Shown here: one piece after another, positions 57,856-64,000 of the stretch
Layout of the letters: every line of letters begins with the position of its first letter
Position numbering within the stretch: the first letter of the stretch is position 1
Source: Pirellulales bacterium
GTDB lineage: Bacteria > Planctomycetota > Planctomycetia > Pirellulales > JAICIG01
Assembly: GCA_040901675.1 (NCBI GenBank)
Contig: JBBDYJ010000031.1
Span: 121,220 to 185,219 of the forward strand
DNA length: 64,000 nucleotides
Direction of reading: 5' to 3'
Translations under genes and position numbers: made by a program
The notes under the pieces: model-generated
Seen by the model: only the letters and a program-made list of their open reading frames with translations
Databases searched by the model: none
What the model was told of the DNA's origin: nothing

Positions 57856-58971
57856 TCACTTCCCCTTTGTCCGCTTCCCCTTGGATTGGCGTGCCGGCGG
57901 CATGCGGCTCTCGATGGCCGGCAATGCCGCCTGCTCTTGAGCCTGTTCGTAGAACTCGTGCAGCTTGGCTTGCAGCAGCTTCTTGTCGGGCAGCCGGGTC
58001 TGGTACTCGGCCACAATCGCGGGCGACATGGCCCGGCTCAGGGCGTATTCGACGACCTCATGGTCCTTCGTCGCGCACAAGAGCACGCCGACCGACGGCC
58101 GCTCGTGCGGCTTCTTCACGTCGCGGTCGAGCGCCTCCAGGTAGAACTCCAGCTTGCCGAGGTGCTCCGGCTGGAACTCGTCGATCTTGAGTTCGATCGC
58201 GACCAGGCAGTTCAATGCCCGGTTGAAGAACAGCAGGTCGAGGGAGAAATCGCGGCCACCGACCTGCACGGGAAACTCGCTGCGGACGAAGCAGAAGTCC
58301 CGCCCCAGTTCGATCAGGAACTGCTTCAGCTTCTCGACCAAGGCCCTTTCCAGGTCGCTCTCGGAGTGTGCGGGCGGAAGCTGGAGGAACTCGACCAGGT
58401 AACTGTCTTTGAAGACCGTGGCGGCGTCGGGGTGAAGTTCTCGCACCGCCGGTGAGAGTTTTGGCGGTGAGAGGGCGACACGCTCGAACAGAGCGCCGTT
58501 AAGTTGCCGCTCCAGTTCCCGTTTGCCCCATTTTTCCCGAATAGCCATTCGCAGGTAGAACTCCCGTTCTTCGTCTCGCTTCGAACGGCTCATGATGAGC
58601 AAGTTGTGCGTCCAGGGTAATTCTCTCACCAGTGGTGAGAGTTTTGGCTGTGCGTGATACGTATCGAAAAACTGGCGCATCCGCCACAGGTTTTGGGCGG
58701 AAAAGCCACGTGCGTTTGGCTGCCTGGTCTGGATGTGCTCGGCCAGCGCCTCGACGGTCCCCTTGCCCCAACCATCGGCCGAAACCCTCTGGCTGATCTG
58801 CTCGCCGATCGTCCAGTAAAGCTCGATCAACGCCGTGTTCACGGCACCGAGGGCCCGTGACCGCGCGGCGTCAATCAGTCGCACAATCTCGTCAAAATCA
58901 GCCTGCGATGGCGTCGCGCCGGCTCGCCTCGTTAGCCCGGTCTGTTTCGCCTTGCGAGGTGCCTTCCTCAT
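57856..58971 (-). CDS. YhcG/DUF1016 PD-(D/E)xK nuclease-like protein (371 aa)
   Basis: LYWTIG; GWG; GFSAQNLWRMRQF; LPWTHN; FKDSY..EFL; FLIELGRDF; DLLFF...LVAIELK; start overlaps the helicase stop (ATGA). Confidence 0.92.
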   Translation of the reverse strand: MRKAPRKAKQTGLTRRAGATPSQADFDEIVRLIDAARSRALGAVNTALIELYWTIGEQISQRVSADGWGKGTVEALAEHIQTRQPNARGFSAQNLWRMRQFFDTYHAQPKLSPLVRELPWTHNLLIMSRSKRDEEREFYLRMAIREKWGKRELERQLNGALFERVALSPPKLSPAVRELHPDAATVFKDSYLVEFLQLPPAHSESDLERALVEKLKQFLIELGRDFCFVRSEFPVQVGGRDFSLDLLFFNRALNCLVAIELKIDEFQPEHLGKLEFYLEALDRDVKKPHERPSVGVLLCATKDHEVVEYALSRAMSPAIVAEYQTRLPDKKLLQAKLHEFYEQAQEQAALPAIESRMPPARQSKGKRTKGK

Positions 58972-61900
58972 GCCGGCGCCTCCGAACGACTCAGCAGCTT
59001 CTCCAGGTGAAAATTCACGCTCGTCACCGTGAAATCCGGCTCGTTCTGAAATGGCTGCCGGACATAGCGCAGATCCGTGCCGGCCCCGTCCACCACCGCG
59101 ATCGCCAGAACAAAACTCTCCGGCTCGTTCAGACCCGTCATGATCTCGCGCCGCGTCACCGTCACCGTCTCGGCGCCGGCCACGCGCCCCTTCACCTCGA
59201 TGAACCGCAGCCGACCCGTCGACGGGATCGACGACTCGATGTCGTAGCCCAGCTTCTCCGCGCTCACGTCCCGCGGAATAAACCCCAGCCGGCGCTCGGC
59301 CGCCATCACGGCCGCCATCGCCAACCGCTCGCTCCGCTCGGTGTCGGCCGCGAACGTGGGCGGCGCGGGCCGCTTCAGCAGCCGCCGCAGGAGTCCCAGC
59401 GGCACCACCATCGCCCCGCCCAGCACCACCGGCGGCAGCGGCGACAGCTTGCGTTCCTGCTCCAGCTCCACCAGCCGCTTTTTCAGCCGCAATGCCAGCT
59501 CGTCCGCCCGCTGCCGCGCCAGCCCGGAGTTGACTTTCGCGTTTACCTTGCCGGCCAGTTCCTGCTCCTTGAGCTGCTCCGCCCGATGGTCCCAGTAATT
59601 CACTTCCGCGGTCAGCCGCTCCTTCACCGCCGCCGCCGTCTTGTCCACCAGCTCCTGCTTCCGGCGCCTGAACTCCTCCAGGTGCTCCGGCACTAGGTGC
59701 ACGGCCGCGTGCTCCAGCACCTTGCTCTCCAGGTCCGCCCGCAGCCACTCAGGCGTTGCCACCGCGGCCAATGCCGTCCGCTCTTCGTCCGAAAGCGGCC
59801 GGTAGTCCAGGTACGGCGCCGGGCCGCCCGACCGCGTCCCGCCGCCCGCGTCCACCTCGACGAACTGCAGCCGCTTCGACACGATCCGCCGGACGCCACC
59901 CCGCTCCAACCGGGCGTCCTGGATCGAGTGCTCCAGGTACACCAGCGCCCGGGGCTCCTGCCCCAGATCGGCTTCGTCAACCAGCACCGCCCCCTGTTTC
60001 AACAGGTCGCGATACCGCTCGACCACCAGGTCGATCGTGGCGTCCAGCAGCGGATGCCCCGGGCAGACAAAGGCCGCCAGCGGTTTGCCCGGCACGCTTA
60101 TCAGCGACTTCTCGAACGTCACCCGCTCGTACCGCGGCATCACCGGCTCGCCGCGGCCGATCTGCCGATCGCGGCCCCGGATCGCCGCCGGCACGTGCTT
60201 GATCTCGTACCGCTTCGCCTCCCGCTCGTGGATCGTCCCACCCAGCAGCCGGAAGGCCTCGATGAAGAACGAAGCGATGAAATGCGGCTGCAAGCGCCGC
60301 GCCTCGGCCCGCTCCATGTCCTCGCGGATCTGCCGCACGCGCGTCACGTCCATGGCGTCGTGCGTCAGCGCCCGGTCCTCGACCAGGCTCCGCAGGTGCT
60401 CGTGGTCCATCGCCCGATCGACCACCTGGTACAGCCGCGCGCGCACTTCCGGCTGATCGCCGTACCGCACCGCCTCCAGCAGCAGCTCGCGCAGGGACCG
60501 GTCCTCGAACGTCAAGCGTCCCAGCACGTCGAAGACCTGACCGCCCAGCGCCTGCCGCTCCTCCGCCAGCTTTTCCAGCAGCCGCTGGTAGACTTCCCCC
60601 TCCCGCGTCTCGTGCGCCACCAGGTTCCACAGGTGGCAGACTTCCGTCTGGCCGATGCGATGGATGCGGCCGAACCGCTGCTCCAGCCGGTTCGGGTTCC
60701 AGGGCAGGTCGTAGTTCACCATCAGGTGCGCCCGCTGCAAGTTGATCCCTTCGCCCGCCGCGTCGGTCGCCACCAGGATCTCCACCTCCTTGTCGTGCGT
60801 AAAGCCTTCCTGCGCCTTCTTGCGCTCCTCGCGTCCCATGCCGCCGTGGATCGTCACCACCGCCTCCGGCTTGCCGATCAGCGCCCGGATCTGGTCGGCC
60901 AGGTAGCTCAGCGTGTCGCGGTGCTCGCTGAAGATCACCAGCTTGCGGCGGTGGCCGTGCGCGTCGAACATCTCCGAGTTGTTCTGCAAGAGCCGCGACA
61001 GCTCGTCCCACTTCTTGTCCGTGCCCGACTGGCGGACGCGCAGGGCCGAGCGTTCCAGCCGCTCCAGCATGCCGATCTCCGTCTGCAGCTCGGCGATTGT
61101 CCGCGCCGCCGAGGCCTGGTCGACCACCCGCTCCTCGGCCTCTTCCACCTCCCCCTCGGGCGCATCCTCCAGGTCGTCCAGGTCGTCCTCGGTGTAAGCC
61201 GGCAAGCCGGCCACCAGGTCGATGGCGGCCGATTCCCGCCGCTCCGCGGCCAGGGCGGCCAGGTCCGCGGCCTCGACAACCCGCAATCCGGCGCCGCCGC
61301 GCCGCATGAGCTGCTCCTCCCGCAGCCGCTTCTGCAGCCGCTCGCGGCGGCGGCGCAGCGACTGATGGATCGCTTCCGGCGATGACGCCAGCCGCCGCTG
61401 CAGGATGGTCAGCGCAAAGCCGACCGTTCCCCTTTGGCCGCCCCCCTCCAGCGCCTCGGCCCGGTTGAACTCCTCCCGCACGTAGTCGGTCACCTGGCGG
61501 TACAGCTCCGCCTCGGCATCCGACAACTGGTAGCCCACCGTGTAGGCCACCCGCTCGGGAAACAGCGGCCGCCCGTCGAACTTCAGCAGTTGTTCCTTGA
61601 CCAGCCGCCGCATCAGGTCCGAGGTGTCGGCCGTATGGACGCCGTCGCGGAACTTGCCTTCGAAGCGGTCCCCGTCCAACAGCGCCATGAACAACTGGAA
61701 ATCGGCCTCCTTGCCGTTGTGCGGCGTGGCCGTCAACAGCAGGAAATGCCGCGTCAGCGTCGACAAAAGCTGGGCGAGCCTGTAGCGCTTCGTGTACTTG
61801 ACCTCGCTTCCAAAGTAGGTGGCGCTCAGCTTGTGCGCCTCGTCGCAGACCACCAGGTCCCAGTCTCCCTGCTTGAGCTTGTCCTGGACATCCTGGTTGC

Positions 61901-62531
61901 GGCTCAGCTTGTCGAGCCGGCAGATCGCCAGCGGGTTTTCCAGAAACCAGTTGCCGGTCCGCGCCGCCTCCAGTGCGTCGTTGGTCATGATTTCGAACGG
62001 CAGGTGAAAGCGGCGGTCCAGCTCATCCTGCCATTGTTCGGCCAGGTTGCCCGGGCACACGATCAGGCAGCGGGCCAGGTCGCCGCGGACCAGCAGTTCC
62101 TTGATGAACAGGCCGGTCATGATCGTCTTGCCGGCCCCCGGATCGTCGGCCAGCAGGAACCGCAGCGGCTGCCGCGGCAGCATTTCGCCGTACACGGCCG
62201 TGATCTGGTGCGGCAGCGGTTCGACCAGCGACGTGTGTACGGCCAGCAGCGGGTCGAACAGCCAGGCCAGCCGGATCCGGTGTGCTTCGGAGACCAGGCG
62301 GAACAGTCCGCCGTCGCCGTCAAAGCTCCAGGGGCTCCCCGCGGTGGCCACTTCGAGCGTCGGCTCGCGCTCCCGGTACAAGAGTTCGCTGCCCAGTTGC
62401 CCGGCCGCGTCGCGGTACGTCAGGTTGATGGCCACCGTGCCGATCCACTGCACGGCCACCACCGTCACGAGTCCATCGGGCAGCACCCCCTCGATCGCGG
62501 CCCCGACGGTGATATCTTCCAGGCGTGTCAT
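58968..62531 (-). CDS. SNF2-family helicase with C-terminal DUF3883 nuclease domain
   Basis: LLADDPGAGKT; DEAH; TATPHNGK; ATDAAGEGINLQ; QRFGRIHRIGQ; GYDIES...FIEVKG. Confidence 0.93.
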   Translation of the reverse strand: MTRLEDITVGAAIEGVLPDGLVTVVAVQWIGTVAINLTYRDAAGQLGSELLYREREPTLEVATAGSPWSFDGDGGLFRLVSEAHRIRLAWLFDPLLAVHTSLVEPLPHQITAVYGEMLPRQPLRFLLADDPGAGKTIMTGLFIKELLVRGDLARCLIVCPGNLAEQWQDELDRRFHLPFEIMTNDALEAARTGNWFLENPLAICRLDKLSRNQDVQDKLKQGDWDLVVCDEAHKLSATYFGSEVKYTKRYRLAQLLSTLTRHFLLLTATPHNGKEADFQLFMALLDGDRFEGKFRDGVHTADTSDLMRRLVKEQLLKFDGRPLFPERVAYTVGYQLSDAEAELYRQVTDYVREEFNRAEALEGGGQRGTVGFALTILQRRLASSPEAIHQSLRRRRERLQKRLREEQLMRRGGAGLRVVEAADLAALAAERRESAAIDLVAGLPAYTEDDLDDLEDAPEGEVEEAEERVVDQASAARTIAELQTEIGMLERLERSALRVRQSGTDKKWDELSRLLQNNSEMFDAHGHRRKLVIFSEHRDTLSYLADQIRALIGKPEAVVTIHGGMGREERKKAQEGFTHDKEVEILVATDAAGEGINLQRAHLMVNYDLPWNPNRLEQRFGRIHRIGQTEVCHLWNLVAHETREGEVYQRLLEKLAEERQALGGQVFDVLGRLTFEDRSLRELLLEAVRYGDQPEVRARLYQVVDRAMDHEHLRSLVEDRALTHDAMDVTRVRQIREDMERAEARRLQPHFIASFFIEAFRLLGGTIHEREAKRYEIKHVPAAIRGRDRQIGRGEPVMPRYERVTFEKSLISVPGKPLAAFVCPGHPLLDATIDLVVERYRDLLKQGAVLVDEADLGQEPRALVYLEHSIQDARLERGGVRRIVSKRLQFVEVDAGGGTRSGGPAPYLDYRPLSDEERTALAAVATPEWLRADLESKVLEHAAVHLVPEHLEEFRRRKQELVDKTAAAVKERLTAEVNYWDHRAEQLKEQELAGKVNAKVNSGLARQRADELALRLKKRLVELEQERKLSPLPPVVLGGAMVVPLGLLRRLLKRPAPPTFAADTERSERLAMAAVMAAERRLGFIPRDVSAEKLGYDIESSIPSTGRLRFIEVKGRVAGAETVTVTRREIMTGLNEPESFVLAIAVVDGAGTDLRYVRQPFQNEPDFTVTSVNFHLEKLLSRSEAPA

Positions 62532-62683
62532 AGCCGCAGCTCATCAACGAATGCCCCGGGCCGATCGTTCGCCGCCGGCCGGAAAGGTGAACAAAAGTGT
62601 ACCCGACCCCCCGCCCCGAAGAAAGCGCCCACCGAGACCCCAGTCGCCCCAGCGACACTAACCCGACGCGCCAGCGAGAGGCG

Positions 62684-62714
62684 TGATGTGGTCCACTCGC
62701 TCCGCGAGTGGTTG
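62684..62714. repeat. 31-bp direct repeat, right copy
   Basis: Identical to 48829-48859; sits within a REP cluster. Confidence 0.85.
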
Positions 62715-62890
62715 GCGGGAAAGGCTCCTCCCGCTAGCGACCTTCGTCCTCAGCCGGTCGCCCCAGCGAGCACACCAAGCCAATGCGCCAGCGAGAGGCG
62801 TATTCCGGCGGCGAGGCCGCCGTGCCTCCTTCCACCACCACCTCGAGCGCCTCCCGCCGCACGCTGACTGACGCAATCGTCTGGCGATCA

Positions 62891-64000
62891 TCAAACCGGA
62901 GTTCTCTTCCGAAATCGCCCCAGCAGCGAGATAACAGATCGGAACGCCGCAGCCAAAGAAACACCAGGCGGATTAACGGCCGCTTCGGCGACCGACCGGT
63001 ATCGATGCTCGATTGACAGACAGTCCCCTTTGCCCACGTACTCCTGGCAAACGAGACAAGTCCGCTGGCAGGTGAACCGTCCTGGTGAGACAGCACCCTC
63101 CATCAGGTCGTAGAGCAATTGCCGAATAGGCGCCCGGAGCCCAGCGGCGAGTGCTTTGAATTCCGTCACAGCCAAAGATGCGACGGTTTGATTCAACGAC
63201 ATTACGGACGGAGCCAAAAGATCCTCACCAGCCACATACCCCCGTGCAACGGCGAAAGCACGAAATTCGGGGCGGGAGAGTTCGTGGCCCGCCTGACGAA
63301 CATCAATCGCGTGGGCACACAAGAGACACCCATTCCCAGGAAGAACGACGGTTACGCGCCCACCAGCCTCAGATACTATTCCATTTTCAGCCGTGATTCC
63401 GGTCCCTGAATCGAAGTACGGCTTCAGATAGGCCGCAGCGACTTCATTCAGATACAGCCGCGTGCCTTCGTTATCCGTGCACCCGAAAATCACATCCGAG
63501 CCGACAAGGCCCGCAAATGCCTCGGAGCAAAACACTGACCGCGCAATTATCGACACCCGTGCGTCGGGAGCGATGCGACGAATCTCGCGCCTCAATACTC
63601 TTACCTTTTGCCTACGCAGCCATGCATCTCGCGGCGTGGCTCCGTCGAGCCGATTAAGGCTGGACTTGTCAACGCGATCAAAATCAATGAGCACGAAGTT
63701 TCGTACACCCTCGTAGGCTAGGGTCCTTGCCACAATCGAGCCGATGCCGCCAAGACCAACGATTGCGACGCGTATCCGCCCAAGCCGAAACTGGCCAAGA
63801 CGACCAATTGCGGGCAATTGCCGTGAATATCTGCGTTCACCCGGTCGTTGACTCTGGCCATTCAGCGTTGGGAATGTAGTCTCCCGACCACCAACGATCT
63901 CAATGGAGCGAACAGGAAACGGTTTCGCTCCGGGATTGACCCAAACGGCTCCCGCAACAGACCTTCGCCCAAACACCAGGCTGCCGTACGGGTGCCCGGG
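62891..64000 (-). CDS. ThiF/E1-like adenylyltransferase (N-terminus beyond window)
   Basis: Frame is open to the window edge (PGHPYGSLVF...); YSRQ; VAIVGLGGIGS; IDFDRVDKSSLNR; IFGCTDN; CLLC and CLVC Zn ligands. Confidence 0.88.
   Translation of the reverse strand, partial: PGHPYGSLVFGRRSVAGAVWVNPGAKPFPVRSIEIVGGRETTFPTLNGQSQRPGERRYSRQLPAIGRLGQFRLGRIRVAIVGLGGIGSIVARTLAYEGVRNFVLIDFDRVDKSSLNRLDGATPRDAWLRRQKVRVLRREIRRIAPDARVSIIARSVFCSEAFAGLVGSDVIFGCTDNEGTRLYLNEVAAAYLKPYFDSGTGITAENGIVSEAGGRVTVVLPGNGCLLCAHAIDVRQAGHELSRPEFRAFAVARGYVAGEDLLAPSVMSLNQTVASLAVTEFKALAAGLRAPIRQLLYDLMEGAVSPGRFTCQRTCLVCQEYVGKGDCLSIEHRYRSVAEAAVNPPGVSLAAAFRSVISLLGRFRKRTPV

Noticed and set aside
57856..59748. 630-aa version of the YhcG ORF
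   Set aside because: The N-terminal 259 aa is an Ala/Gly-rich alternative frame overlapping the helicase; the real start is ATG 58971.
51334..62531. Canonical BREX, DISARM or type III R-M call
   Set aside because: No PglZ, BrxA/B/L, DrmA/B or Res subunit was recognised; the composition is DUF499/DUF1156/SNF2.
48800..64000. Prophage or integrative element
   Set aside because: No integrase, transposase, tRNA target or phage structural gene in the window; any mobility genes would have to lie outside it.

Overview
GC-rich bacterial chromosomal segment, almost certainly Planctomycetota (Pirellulales-like): it carries three DUF1501 genes, two DUF1549/DUF1553 genes, DUF1080, Tat-exported oxidoreductases and a long membrane-anchored ECF sigma factor. 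Positions 1-48.6 kb are mostly core or lineage-typical genes (typA, rsmE, rplM-rpsI, three-gene pnt transhydrogenase, hpt, glycosyltransferases), with intergenic REP-like hairpins, 7-nt tandem arrays and a 108-bp MITE. Notable items in that part are a GT2 / BshC-like / Eis-like GNAT cluster, an ECF sigma-thioredoxin fusion, and a structured leader RNA ahead of a secreted Cys/His/Gly-rich peptide, followed by a MITE-flanked SdpA-like + HTTM gene pair. From about 48.8 kb to the end is a defence island. It contains a pPIWI-associating-nuclease-like gene, a frameshifted HEPN-like gene, an SNF2 helicase(DUF3883) - YhcG - DUF1156 methylase - HEPN/DUF499 ATPase operon (BREX-related, function not established), and a ThiF/E1-like gene truncated by the window edge. 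No rRNA, tRNA, CRISPR array, integrase or transposase was recognised. All family calls come from motifs read by eye; no database searches were run.
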